A DNA stretch of 63,199 nucleotides, filler included, from Kipferlia bialata (Eukaryota), in the NCBI GenBank assembly GCA_003568945.1. It is 4 parts of 4 records of this genome, joined end to end, with 100 filler letters (N's around TTAATTAATTAA, not from the genome) between each part and the next. Parts side by side here need not be neighbours in the genome. Positions count along the whole stretch, not along the records: positions 46,408 to 61,204 come from BDIP01000141.1; positions 61,305 to 63,199 come from BDIP01000272.1; 2 more parts are not named here. One strand, given 5' to 3'. Position 1 is the stretch's first letter, and the number at the start of each line of letters is the position of its first letter. The notes beneath the pieces are model-generated. The model saw nothing but the letters and a program-made list of their open reading frames with translations, made no database searches and was not told where the DNA came from. The position numbers and the translations under genes are program-made. Positions 50,723 to 63,199 of this stretch are shown here, piece by piece.

Positions 50723-52000
50723 ATACGTACACTATCGGTTCTGCCTCTGTCCAGTCTGACATGTCATGACATACATATATAATTGAGTACATATAGTCTT
50801 TAAACATACTCATATATACTATACTCATGTTTACTCACACTGTGGGTTCTGCCTCTGTCCAGTCTGCCATGGATGATGCACCATATGTGGTGGGGGTGCC
50901 TGGGGTCAGTATGGCATGTACATGAAGTCCATAGGGTCAAAATACTATTTATAGTGTGTTCCATGTTTGTACCTGGTGACTCCAGTCCCCCTATGACTAC
51001 TAGGTAGATACGGGCATACAGTGGCACACATACACTATGGGTGTATACAATTCATATTCATACAAGTATATACCGTGTATATATACATACCTGGTGCCTC
51101 TAGTCCACCGATGACTACTAGGTAGTGGGTGCCATCCACAGTGGCAACGGTAGATGAATGACCTATCCTAGAGGGTAAGAAGGGAGAGGGACAGACAGAC
51201 AGAGAGAGAAAGAAACCATCAACAGTGGCAACAGCTGAGGAGTGGCCTATTCTATGGAATTAGAGACAGAGGGGGAGAGGGAGGGAGATACCAACAGTGA
51301 CAACAGCAGATGAATGGCCTATTCTAGAGGGTAAGAAGGGAGAGAGAGAGACAGAGAGAGAAATAGAAGAGAGAGAGAGAGAGAGAAAGAGAAGCCATCA
51401 AGGGTGGCAACGGCTGATGAGTGGCCTACTCTATGGAATAAGAAGGGGGAAGGTGGAGACAGAGAGAGAGAGGTGGAGAAAGGGAGAGAGAGAGAAGTGA
51501 TCAACAGCTGAGGAGTGGTATATTCTATAGAGTAGGAAAGAGAGGGGGAGGGAGAGAGAGGGAGAGAGCAGGAGCTCACGAGTGTCTGATAAGTAAGCGG
51601 AGAGACGAAGAGGTAAAGGTGGTAGAGAGAGACCATAAAGGGAGGTAATAACTGAGGAGTGTCCATATAGGTTTCAAAAGTATTGAGCGTCCTATCCCCA
51701 AAGATTAGGACAGAGTGGGAAAAACATATGAAAAGCTACCTTGGTACTAGTGTATGCACTGCCTCCATCAGTCCCTCTGACATTGCCATGATATTATACA
51801 GATACTGTATAAGTATATATATATATACATCAATGAAATTATACATAAGTATATATATATATATACATTAATGGAATGAATGATTACCTGGGCACAAGTG
51901 TGTGCACGCTATCCATCAGTCCCTCTGACACTGCAGAGACATGACCAGCCAGGAGCAACACGCACAGACATAGACAGAGAGACCACATGGAAGGTAGCAT
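46660..52000 (-). CDS. Type I membrane protein with kelch-like beta-propeller ectodomain (3' end lost at contig end), multi-exon
   Basis: Signal peptide MLPSMWSLCLCLCVLLLAGHVSA. Kelch-like motifs IGHSSTVATVDGTHYLVVIGG, MLLLGGVD and LYMCTGG. TM-like AVILPGAVLLLGLFCC near 46700-46740. Confidence 0.6.
51130..51660 (-). repeat. Degenerate splice-acceptor echo array (~5 copies) in the kelch-like gene
   Basis: Units resembling CAGTGGCAAC(A/G)GCTGA(G/T)GAGTGGCCTATTCTA are separated by purine tracts. Confidence 0.7.
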
Positions 52001-53015
52001 CTCTATGGTGAGGGACATAGGAGTATATATGTATGTATAAGCCCATACATATACACCTAGCATACAGTGCAATATAACTATAGAGAGAGGGGGGGGGGGG
52101 GGAGAGACATCATGGAAGGCAAAATCACTGTGGTGAGGGGAGAGCTAACTCATTCACTGACATATACACAAGTATAATAGTCTACTCATAAACACATGCT
52201 CGCATGTATATATATACATATACATATAGAGAGAAGAGCACACGTTCACACTTAATACCATCATTCTGCCAGGATATATAGAGGGGAGAGTTGGGTGATG
52301 GGTGGATGGAGAGAGAGATACATCGTGGGAAAGACAAAGAGTATCATGGGGGACACATAATAATACCAGTCTCTCTCTATGTTTCTTTCTCCTTCAAAAC
52401 AAGCCCAAACACAGCAAACTGATAACAGTATCCAGTACCTGTTGTGATGTATCAAGCGGGCGAGCGCCTCCAACTGTAACCACTTGGGTTGTCAAACTGA
52501 AGGTCTACGTTTATAGAGAGTCAAGTGCAACCAATCAAACTTCTTGATTCGGAGTAATGCAAAATACCTCCGCACCCTTATGTTGAATCGTATCTGATGA
52601 CACTCACTGCAACACTATATTTACATCGTATCTTCTCAGAGTCGACAGACACTCTGCTAGGTATGGGCATGTCATCTTACCATCTGCCTTTGAGATGTGT
52701 TTCAATCTCTCTATGATATACCTCTAGACATAAGGGTTCAAGCCTCCAGGTCTGCTTCCCACACCTGTTGCTCACCCTTACTTCATATACCGCTGCTACT
52801 ACATGTATTTGGAAAGCAAGTCACTGATTTAGTTCTAACACGAGGTATACTGGTGCTAAGTTGTTAGAAGTCCCCCCCTCTCCCTCTGCTCCAACTCTGA
52901 TACAGTGCTTGTGGAAATATATTCACATTCTGGATTCTGTATGTATTAAATACCTATGCTTTTCAATGTGAGTCGGGGCATGCGTATCCAATACCCAGGT
53001 ATATACATAGAAGAT

Positions 53016-56000
53016 ATGAGGAGAAACATGAGGAGATGCTCGAGTGCCCAGCACAACATGTATGCCACTGCCTGTGCCACTCTGCCCTTGGATCAGTATG
53101 GGGTCACAGTCACATTCACAGGTAGTATACATGAATCATAATATATATATATGGATATATCATATATATCATATTATCGAATATGTATATAATATGTCAT
53201 ATATATCATATACTGCCTGTGCCATTCTGCCCTTGGATCAGTATGGCACCACAGTCACATTCACAGGTACTATATATATATATATGTATATATACATATA
53301 TACCATATATCACCATACTGCCTGTGCCACTCTGCCCTTGGATCAGTATGGTATCACANNNNNNNNNNNNNNNNNNNNNNNNNNNNNNNNNNNNNNNNNN
53401 NNNNNNNNNNNNNNNNNNNNNNNNNNNNNNNNNNNNNNNNNNNNNNNNNNNGTATATATATATATATCATATATCACCATACTGCCTGTGCCACTCTGCC
53501 CTTGGACCAGTATGGGGTCACAGTCACATTCACAGAGTATAGGGTAAATTTAGTATATATACTCCAACTCTTGGTCATTCATACATGTCAGGTAGAGGAT
53601 TCACAAGTTTCAAGTATGTCTATAACCCACTGTACTTATGTATTCTATTGTCTATTAATTCACAGTCTCATTCACAGGCATTTTACAGGTATCTTATACT
53701 CTATGTTTATGTAGCCCTGAAGCAGAAATCAAGTCTATGTAGTATACACATCAATAGTACTTATATGCATATATGCATATATACTATTCCATAAATGATA
53801 TAGTCTTATTCCAGGGGGTACCATCGATATGGACAACGAGATTGACTCTGATGCAGAGAGGGTGTTTCTGAGACCATGCTATGAGAGGATCATTAATGTA
53901 CGAATAGTATGATGTTAATATGTATCATTATGTATGGCCGGATCATTAATGTATGTATAATATGTATCGATTATGCACTAATCTCTGGTTAGTCATTATT
54001 ATAGTGTCTACTCATGGATAGGCCCTGATCCGCACCAGTCACATTGGCCCACAGATGCAGCCACCCACTGGCAAGCATCGGAAGGCATTTGTACTAGGGA
54101 CACCAGGTAATGGTGCTGATGCTAAGTCTATTACTTTCTGTAACTATATCCTCCATTCAGCCATACGTGTGCTATTATTGTCTCATCAGTGTGTCACATA
54201 CGTAAGTACTACATATATATCCTCTTACAAATATTGTGCTAGGGACCCCAGGTGGTCACTACAAAAGCTGAGTCATATATATATATAGTCATAGTCTTGT
54301 TTGTGCACTGATACTGTCATCATACATGTATACAGTTGGTTAATCATACACTATCTCTTGTATAATGTGTATAGTATACAGGGCCAGGTAGTCAGTGTTG
54401 ATACTAGACCTTGTGCTAAACTTCACCCATATACACCCCTTGTCTACTATGTGTTCAATCATCATGATTATATTCTTATTGTACATATATCTACAATATA
54501 TATATATATGTGTGACATATATAGATGTATTCTTTTGCGGACACTGACCCCTAGGAACCGGCAAGACTGTCTGCCGCAACGTTGCCTGTGCCGCCCTGGT
54601 CCAACAGTGCATATCACACCATGCATCAGCACACATCATCTTCCAAAAGGCCAGTGGGGCGTCGAGACTCGAGACTCCAGTAGTGCATGTCTCAGCTGGT
54701 GGAGAGGTGTCTGGTTCCCTAGTTGGGGCCTCTGAGGAGATTCTGGGGCCTATGGTAGCTAAGTGGCAGAGGCAGGGTGACCTAGTCGTGTCTCTGATAG
54801 ACGTGTCAGAGGGGAGGTACAGACGGAATGTAACCAAGGTAACACTAAGAGTGTCTGATTACTTCTAATAGTCCCAGTATTTCTCTTGGGGTAATCTCTC
54901 TTTCAAATAATCCGAATACTATTTAGCGTAATCTTTCTAACACAGACCAAGGTGGAGTGGTACTTCTCCCACCCAGACGAGAGTCTCATCAAGAACAAGG
55001 ACAGGTTGAAGTCCCACCACAACAACGACATGTGGATGCCACTCTGGACCCTTAAGGAGCTGCAGACAGCGAGGGAGGGTCTATTCCCCTTTCAGGCAGG
55101 AGACTCAGTTGTTGATCCCGTACCTGCACATACAGACGAGAGGGAGGAGGGGGTGGGAGAGGTGGAGCTGAGAGGTACCGGGGTGCAGATGAGTGTCGCT
55201 GATGAGGACACCAGCGAGAGAGAGAGTGGGTGCTGTGGTGAGGTGGATTGGGAGGCAGGCTCTAAGGCAGCTGGCTACTCTTCCCCTAGTCAGCTCCACA
55301 GACTGAGGGGTTCATATGCACTGGTGATGGATGGGGACTATGTCAAGTCTAGCTACGCTGAGCCAGTTGGGATAACAGCATCTGAACTGGTGGCACACAG
55401 GTAAGAGTGTAGTAGTTAGTATACTCAGTATATATATTACTACTGCATATATATATAGTGTTTATCAATATGTTGGGGTGACAGCATCTGAACTGGTATC
55501 ACACAGGTAAGGATGTGATAGTATACTTAGTATATGTATTACTCTTGTAATAGTATATAGTGTTTATCAATATGTTGGGATGACAGCATCGGAACTGGTG
55601 GTACACAGGTACGATATATACATGTATACATAAGTATCTATACTATATATTTTGTATTACCTGGAAGGATTTCGATTTCGCTAATTCTCAGGTTTGGTCA
55701 CTTTGGTGGGAATGCCCGTGCCTGTCTGGAGGGACCAGAGAGCACTCTCGAGTTCCTACACGACGACATATACAGTGGGGTGGACTTGAGTAGGATCATC
55801 ACCCACTCAGCACACAAGCCTCCGAAGATGGTGGCGTGTCGGTACTGTCACTCATTCTTCCACTTCAACCCTAAGAGAGGACTGAGTGCACCATCTTACT
55901 GCTGGGCCACACCCTTTATACGCAGTCAAGTGTGTCTGGCTGCAATGTTGGTGGATGACAGTGGGAGTGAGAGTGAGAGCGAGAGTGATGATGTAGTGGT

Positions 56001-56076
56001 CTCGGGAGGGAAGGAGAAGAGACACTGTTGTAACACGGCAGGAGTGAGTACCCCGTCTTCTAAGCGTCATTATTAG
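53016..56076 (+). CDS. Crinkler/RHS-type (CR) P-loop NTPase, multi-exon; start uncertain
   Basis: Reads VFLRPCYERI, a Walker A split by an intron (FVLGTPG/TGKT), Walker B VVSLID, MWMPLWTLKEL, RFGHFGGNARACL and WATPFI. This is the motif order of CRN/RHS NTPase domains. Confidence 0.78.
53067..53540 (+). repeat. Exon-end echo array (>=4 copies) in the CR-NTPase gene
   Basis: ACTGCCTGTGCCACTCTGCCCTTGGA(T/C)CAGTATGG occurs near 53067, 53212, 53317 and 53481. Confidence 0.85.
53359..53451. other. Scaffold gap (93 N) within an intronic echo-repeat array
   Basis: Plain N run without linker, flanked by copies of the same repeat. Confidence 0.9.
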
Positions 56077-56333
56077 AATGTTCATATTACTGGTATCATA
56101 TCAGATTTCTTTCATACTTTTGGTTGCGAACTGGGGAGAGTATTAGCTATTACACTCTCCAGTTGTATTGCGACTACAATAAAAAGGAATATGTCGTGTC
56201 TCTATTACTATTCATACAACGGTGTTGTAAACACCATTCATACAATGAGGCGGTAGTTTATATCCGTCTATCAGTACAGCGCAGTCAAGAGTCCTCTCTC
56301 TCTCTCTCTCTCTCTCTCCCTATATACAATGAC

Positions 56334-59300
56334 TCAGTGCAGCACTGTGAGGAGACAGATCTCGTTCCTGGAGGGGAACCTCTGCTGGGGGCCCCAGCAC
56401 CTGCAGGGTTAGTATACATTAGCCATACACACATATGAGTATAATACAAACACATACACAAATGTCTATATATGCGAACAAATATACACTCACCCTGCCC
56501 CACTAGTCACCACTGCATGCACAATGTTATTACATATACGCACTGATGTACACTATATATATACATATCTGTATAGTATCCACTCACCCTGCCCCACTAG
56601 TCACCACTGCATGCATCGGGTGGTCTCTCCTATCAGACTCGACCAGAGAGTGGCCTGGGGTTAGCTACTGTATACAACTTCAAGACTAGATCTATAATAA
56701 CAGCCCCAGCCAACAGTTGCCCATTAGGTATTGCCAGTAACACTCATGAATAGCAATACTCAACCAGAGATACAACTGGGCATAGATATCAATATGACAT
56801 GACTATATGATCCGCACTGGGGATACATACATACACTAACATGCAACGAACTGCTTGTAGACAATTAGAAATACATGTAAATACATGTATACATGTGCAA
56901 ACAGTACCATGCCTACACATATACATAATTACTTCACAAAGTAAATGTCTGTATTAATTCTAACCTGCAAAGAACTGCTTGTAGACGATCCTCACTGCGA
57001 TGTTGAATGGCCAGACCTGGCCTAGGTGTGAGGGGAGGTTTAGGGGGCAAATAGTCAGAAGCAGCAGATATAAATAGTATGTTATTACATGCGTATATGT
57101 GTCAAGAAAGTGTTGCTAATTGGGTAGAAGGGTGAAGAGGGGGAGAGAGAGATATAGCAGTATGAGTGAGAGGGGTATATATATATATATATATATATAT
57201 AGATCTATTACCTGTGTGTGTGTGTCCCTGATGCATAACAGTATGAAAGTGAGTAATACATAGTCTACATACATAAGCATTTACCTGCGTGTGTGTGTCC
57301 ACTGCACACAATGTCTGCACCGGCATCTGCTGCCTGGGCCATCGTACGTCTGAAACGTCAGATAGCTATACAAATATAGAAGTGAGAGAAGCATTCACAT
57401 TGTATGAATATAGTACCTATCTGGGTTGTGACATAGCAGCAGTCTGGGCCTGTATGTATATACATATAAATATAGTGTATAGTACGGTATATATATACAC
57501 TATACCTGTCTGGGTTGTGGCATAGCAGCAGTCTGGGTCTGTCAGATGGGGCACAGGACAGAGTGCCCCATATATATATATATATATATAGTGTATATAT
57601 ATATATATATTAAGAGTGTATAGTACTGTATACCTATCTGGGTTGTGACATAACAGCAGCCTAGGTCTGTCACATGGGGCAGAGGACAGGGTGCCCTATA
57701 TACATATATATATATATTAATGGTGCATAGTACTATATCCTGTATATACCTATCTGGGTTGTGGCATAGCAGCAGTCTGGGCCTGTCACATGGGGCAGAG
57801 GACAGGGTGCCCTCAATGTCACACACTAGCCTCTTCCTGAATATCAATATACATGCTGCAGTATTACTGTATATATTATATTGTACTGACTATATAATAC
57901 ATTTGGTGCCCTCGATGTCACAGACAAGTCTCTTCCTGATATTCAGTATACATGCTATACATATACACACATTAATACGGTATAAGTAGTATGTTGTATT
58001 ACTAAATATATAATATATTTGGTGCCCTCAATGTCACAGACCAGTCTCCTCCTGTTATATCAATATACATGCCACAGTATCACTGTATATATATTATATT
58101 GTACTGTATATATAGTAGTATACTGTACTGCATATATAATAGGGTGCCCTCAATGTCACACACAAGCATATTCCTATATAGATGAGTATATGATTTGCAC
58201 ACATTGATATATAAACACATAACTAATAAATGTATATATGTACCTAGTAGTTGGCTGGGCGGGACTGATCACACCCCGCTGCTTGACCTGTGTTGACCCG
58301 GCTGGACTGTTCGAGACTGACTGGTATCCCTCCACAACGTCTGTCTCTGTCTCTGTCTGGCTAGTCTCTGGTTGGCCAAATGCTGTGTCGTGGGCGCCAC
58401 AGATGACAATGGGGAGGGGGCCGGCCTGGTGTCAATAAATATATATATATATATATACCTTTAGGTATACATTATTATATATATATATGGTATTATCGAT
58501 GACAATGGGGAGGGGGCCGGCCTGGTGTTAGTTGATGTCTATATATGCACTCATTCAATATATAAATAAATATGGTGCCCCAGATGACTACTGGGAGAGG
58601 ACCGGCCAAATGACAAATGTATACAATAATACATGTATATATGTGTGTGGGTGGGTGGGTGGAGGAATTTATACAATAGTATATATAATATATATAATAT
58701 ATACAATATATGACTGTGTACTACATACTACTATTGATTATACATATATATACATACCTTTGGGGTTGAGTCTGCCCACTCATTCTCCAGCACATTCATT
58801 ATATAACTTGATAGTATATATTATCATATATACATATACATATTTATAGATGTATCATTGTATATATATATACCTTTGGGGTTGAGTCTGCCCACTCATT
58901 CTCTAGGACATGCATATCATAACTTGAGAGTATATACCATATATATACATGTATACATACATACCTTTGGGGTTGAGTCTGCCCACTCATTCTCTAGGAC
59001 ATGCATCCTGCCGGCATTCTTGAGGGTGTTGATCATAGCCCTATCATAAGTCTTTAACGAGAGAGATAGAGTGTGTGTGTGTGAAAGAGAGAGACGAGAG
59101 AAGAGAGAGAGAATGCATCCTGCCAGCATTCTTAAGGGTGTAAATCATTACCCTATCATAAGAGAGAGAGAGAGAGAAAAAAATAGAGATAAAACTCATG
59201 GCAAATGCAGTAATACCTTGGCTTGTCAAATGCCTCGTGGTTCCCAGTGACACCAAAGAGAGGTGCCTCAATCCTGGTGAGCTCTGCTATTCTGATGGGT

Positions 59301-61058
59301 TAGAGTTAAGAATGATGATATGATAAATGGATTGGATATTTAGAAACAATTAAGTCTGCTATTCTAATGGGTTAGAGTTAGTCAAACTCATTACTAATAC
59401 ATAAGAAACAATTATGTTAGCACTCAGCTAGAAAGAGAGATCCTTTGACAATAGATAAGTCGATAAATAGATAGAGAGAGAGAGAGAGAGAAAGATACCT
59501 GGACACGACCGAGGGAACAGGGCCACCGTCTGACATGTCACCTGAAGAGTGAGGGTATATATATCACTGTCGTATATGGTATATACTATGTATATACCTG
59601 AGAATACCACTACATACACATATTCATATGTTGTTGTGTATATACCCATACCTGCGTACACCACTGCATCTGCCTTGTGACTGTTCTGACGATATAAACA
59701 TTGAACAGGAATATACATCAAGAGAATATATATACATATACTTGGAATTACCTGCGAATACCACTGCATCTGCCTTGAGACCGTTCAGGGCATCTACAGT
59801 CTGTCTGAGGGTTAGACACATTCCCATTTATATATATATATATGTATATATATAACTGCATACACACATCTGAAGGTCAGTATCCAATAATGCAAATATA
59901 TGTATATAGGGAGAGACCGTTCAGGGCATCCACAGTCTGTCTGAGAGTTAGTGTCATGTACTAGATATATATATAATGTATGTAGACTACATATAGAGGG
60001 AGACCCAGACACATAGTGTGTTCAGTGCAGCAGCAAGTTACATGGCAGTTAGATGTACCACACACTATACATAAGAACAAAAATCCTCATAAAATATAAT
60101 ACAGACATGAGGAAAGAGATACTCAAATAATACAATACCATCTCCTCCTATAATACAATACCATCTCCCTACCTGACCACTCTCATTGGCACCAGTCCAC
60201 ACCAGAGAGTGTTTAATACCACAGTATACGGCATATATTGTGTACATGTATTGGTATATAAAAATTATATACATGTATATATATACCTGACCACTCTCAT
60301 TGGCACCAATCCACACCAGTGCGTATCTGAGAACAGAGCAACGGAGGTGGTCTGCACAGGACCGTCTCCAGTCTAGGAGTTAGTATACTATATGTATATA
60401 TATACATCTAAACACAAGGTCACGATATAATAATAGTATGTATAATATTCCATATATATCAATGGAGGTGGTCTGGACTGGTCCCTCTCCAGTCTGGGGG
60501 TAAGTACAGCTGAAGAATGACCCTTCTGACAGCAATATATCTTTACCTATACCCTATAAACACTATTTATATACCTTCCTATCTGTCAGGTCCACCGTGA
60601 CCCTTCTGACAGCAATATCTATATACCTATATAATAATATTACTATATACTCTATATACAATACACACCTTCCTATACTATATACTCTATATACAATGCA
60701 TACCTTTCTGTCTGTCAGGTCCACTGTGACCCTTCTGACAGCCACTGGCAGCTGGGGCATGATGTACATCACAGCCTGAGAATAAGGGGCTAGAGAGAAA
60801 GACAGAGAGATGAGGTACACTACAACCTGAGAATGAAATGTAAGATACGGAAAAATACATCTATATACAGCGTATACAAGAATACAGTATATGAGGGAAA
60901 TATATGATGTATCATGACAACCTGACATCAAGGGGCCAGAGAGAGAGAGAGAGAGAGAGACGGTGAACATGACAACCTGTTTGTATGGCGCTAGAGAGAG
61001 AGAGAGACATTCATCATTACCTGCAAGAATCTGCTCAATGATAGTGACACAAAGGAGC
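56334..61058 (-). CDS. Calcineurin-like metallophosphoesterase, TMPPE/YkuE family (5' end lost at contig end), multi-exon
   Basis: Motifs ALFSDTH, ADAVVFAGDMSDG, GVTGNHE, HVLENE, LLLCHNPD, SGHTHAGQVWPF and VTSGAGCWGPQQRFPSRNEI. Stop at 56334-56336. Confidence 0.88.
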
Positions 61059-61149
61059 TAGAGAGAGACAGAACCAACTGTGTATGTGAATGTATATACA
61101 TCCCTATCTGTAGGAGGCTGCCCAGTATTGTGGACCACAGACTACATGT

Positions 61150-61204
<55 letters not shown>

Positions 61205-61304
61205 NNNNNNNNNNNNNNNNNNNNNNNNNNNNNNNNNNNNNNNNNNNNTTAATTAATTAANNNNNNNNNNNNNNNNNNNNNNNNNNNNNNNNNNNNNNNN
61301 NNNN
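61205..61304. other. Artificial contig-joining linker (N44-TTAATTAATTAA-N44)
   Basis: Same 100-nt six-frame-stop spacer. Confidence 0.95.
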
Positions 61305-61543
61305 CCCCCCCTAATTGCCCCTTACCCCCCCCCCCCCCCCTCCCTCCCTCTATATATAGAGTACTGTCTTATGATACTGATATCCCCTCACGCTAGGTCC
61401 CCTTCAGCCACATGGTTGGGTCAGGGTATATATATTGTATATATATAGTATAGTATACATACAATTGTATAGTATAGTATACGATAGTATACTATACTAT
61501 AGTATACACACAAGTCACTACACATTCAATTCATTTACCCCAG

Positions 61544-61942
61544 GTCCCCTTCAGCCACATGGTTGGGTCAGAGGTGTACTCCCACGAGGTCAAGAAGGTA
61601 CGGAGTGCCATATGGTGTAGTAATATATACTCTATATAGTATATAGTATATATGTGTATACTATAGTGGCTTGGTCGTTCTGTGTTCTCTACATTTTCTC
61701 AGAATGGTGGAAAGACCACTGATGGTAGGCTGAGGTTATCCTTTGCTACTAGTAGTGTTACTAATATATCAATACTAATATGAGGTTCTGGCAGTTGAAC
61801 AGAGGCATCAGTATTATTGTAGTATGTATGTATATTACAGTACTGATGTCAGGCTGAGGTGATCAAGAGTGCCTTCCGCCGTTCCATCGGTCTCAGGATC
61901 AAGGAGCAGAAGGAGGTGTACGAGGGTGAGTGTTATATAGTG

Positions 61943-61979
<37 letters not shown>

Positions 61980-63155
61980 CAGTGAAAGATCAAGGAGCAG
62001 AAGGAGGTGTACAACGGTGGGTGTCAGGGCATACATGTGTGGAGTGCAGAGTGTAGGAGTTGTGTTGTGGCCTCTGTCTACGAATTGTTACTGCCATCCC
62101 CCCAATGTGTTATCTGTACATATATATGTAACTATACATAACCCCAGGTGAGGTTGTCAAGGTGCTCCCTGTCGAGGCAGACAACCCAACAGGGGGGTAT
62201 GGACGCGTCATCTCCCACGTGCTCCTGACTCTGCAGGTATGGGGGTTAGACACAGTGATAAATATCTATTATTGGAGTGATATATATATATTGAAATTTA
62301 TATATATATCTCACCCCCGGACCAAGAAGGGCCAGAAGGATCCTCCCTCTCTCTCTCCCTCTCTCTCTCTATATATATATATCTATATATATATATATAT
62401 CTATGTATGTATATACTCATTCCAGACCAAGAAGGGCCAGAAGGAGCTCAAGCTGGACCCAGCCATCCACCAGCAGCTGGAGAAGGAGCAGGTATAGAGT
62501 GTATATGTATAGTATAGTATATGCTAATGAATATATCATGTATATATGCTATGTAAAATACATCCACCAGCAGCTGGAGAAGGAGCAGGTATATATATGT
62601 ATATATATAGTATAGTATATAAGTTAATGAATATGTCATGTATATATGTTAAGTAAATTTACATCTACCAGCAGCTGGAGAAGGAGCAGGTATATATGTA
62701 TATATATAGTATGGTATATGAGTTAATGAATATGTCATGTATGTATGTTATGTAAAATTCATCCCCCAGCAGCTGGAGAAGGGCAGGTATATACATCCTA
62801 GTATGTATATATGCACAAATACAAACATGTAAGTATATGTATATACACACACTCACCCCAGGTCAAGCAGGGCGATGTCATCTACATCGAGGCCACCTCT
62901 GGTTCTCTCTCTCTCTCTCTGTATATAATAGTATATATATACACACTCACCCCCCAGGTCAAGCAGGGTGATGTCATCTACATCGAGGCCACATCTGGTT
63001 CTCTCTCTCTCTCTATATATATATAATAGTATATACATATATATACACTCACCCCCCAGGTCAAGCAGGGCGATGTCATCTACATCGAGGCCACCTCCGG
63101 TGCTGTCAAGAGGGTGGGCAGGAGTGACAGATACGCCACAGAGTTCGACCTAGAG
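61544..63155 (+). CDS. RUVBL1: RuvB-like 1 (pontin/Rvb1) AAA+ ATPase, internal fragment
   Basis: Exons read [18 protein letters not shown] / [25 protein letters not shown] / [29 protein letters not shown] / [22 protein letters not shown] / [32 protein letters not shown]. Confidence 0.95.
62465..63100 (+). repeat. Donor echo (4 copies) and acceptor echo (3 copies) arrays in RUVBL1
   Basis: CATCCACCAGCAGCTGGAGAAGGAGCAGGTATA occurs at ~62465, 62561, 62662 and 62760. CACTCACCCC(C)AGGTCAAGCAGGG(C/T)GATGTCATCTACATCGAGGCCAC occurs at ~62850, 62945 and 63046. Confidence 0.9.
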
Positions 63156-63199
63156 GTACTCATATTCATTAGCATACATACTATATATATATATGTATA

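Noticed and set aside
52730..52752. GGTTCAAGCC T-loop/B-box-like motif suggesting a tRNA
   Set aside because: No T-stem, acceptor stem or D-arm could be formed from the flanking sequence.
62465..63100. Regularly spaced ~30-50-bp repeats resembling a CRISPR array
   Set aside because: The repeats are copies of exon ends, the spacers are mutually similar (TA)-rich intron sequence, the context is eukaryotic, and there are no cas genes.

Overview
Intron-rich, gene-dense eukaryotic genomic DNA. The (TA)n/(GA)n-rich GT-AG introns and CTRAC-CCC-AG acceptors suggest a free-living fornicate such as Kipferlia bialata, but this is inference and unverified. The window is four contigs joined by artificial 100-nt N44-TTAATTAATTAA-N44 linkers, plus one ordinary N gap. 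I reconstructed 19 spliced genes by eye; termini are approximate. Recognisable genes: Xaa-Pro aminopeptidase, a C2HC/zinc-ribbon coiled-coil protein, riboflavin kinase, ornithine cyclodeaminase/mu-crystallin, a WD40 protein, a Faf1/DUF4602-like protein, CKS1, a Bet1-like Qc-SNARE, ZNF277, a kelch-like type I membrane protein, a Crinkler/RHS-type P-loop NTPase, a TMPPE/YkuE metallophosphoesterase and RUVBL1. Four signals stand out. (1) A ~16-kb gene encodes a giant acidic, type II-anchored, fibre-like protein and sits head-to-head, 246 bp apart, with a clear paralog. (2) Introns are pervasively filled with degenerate tandem copies ('echoes') of their own splice junctions. (3) A small stand-alone gene resembles the myosin N-terminal SH3-like domain plus the first motor helix. 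(4) Several short divergent promoters contain palindromic elements.
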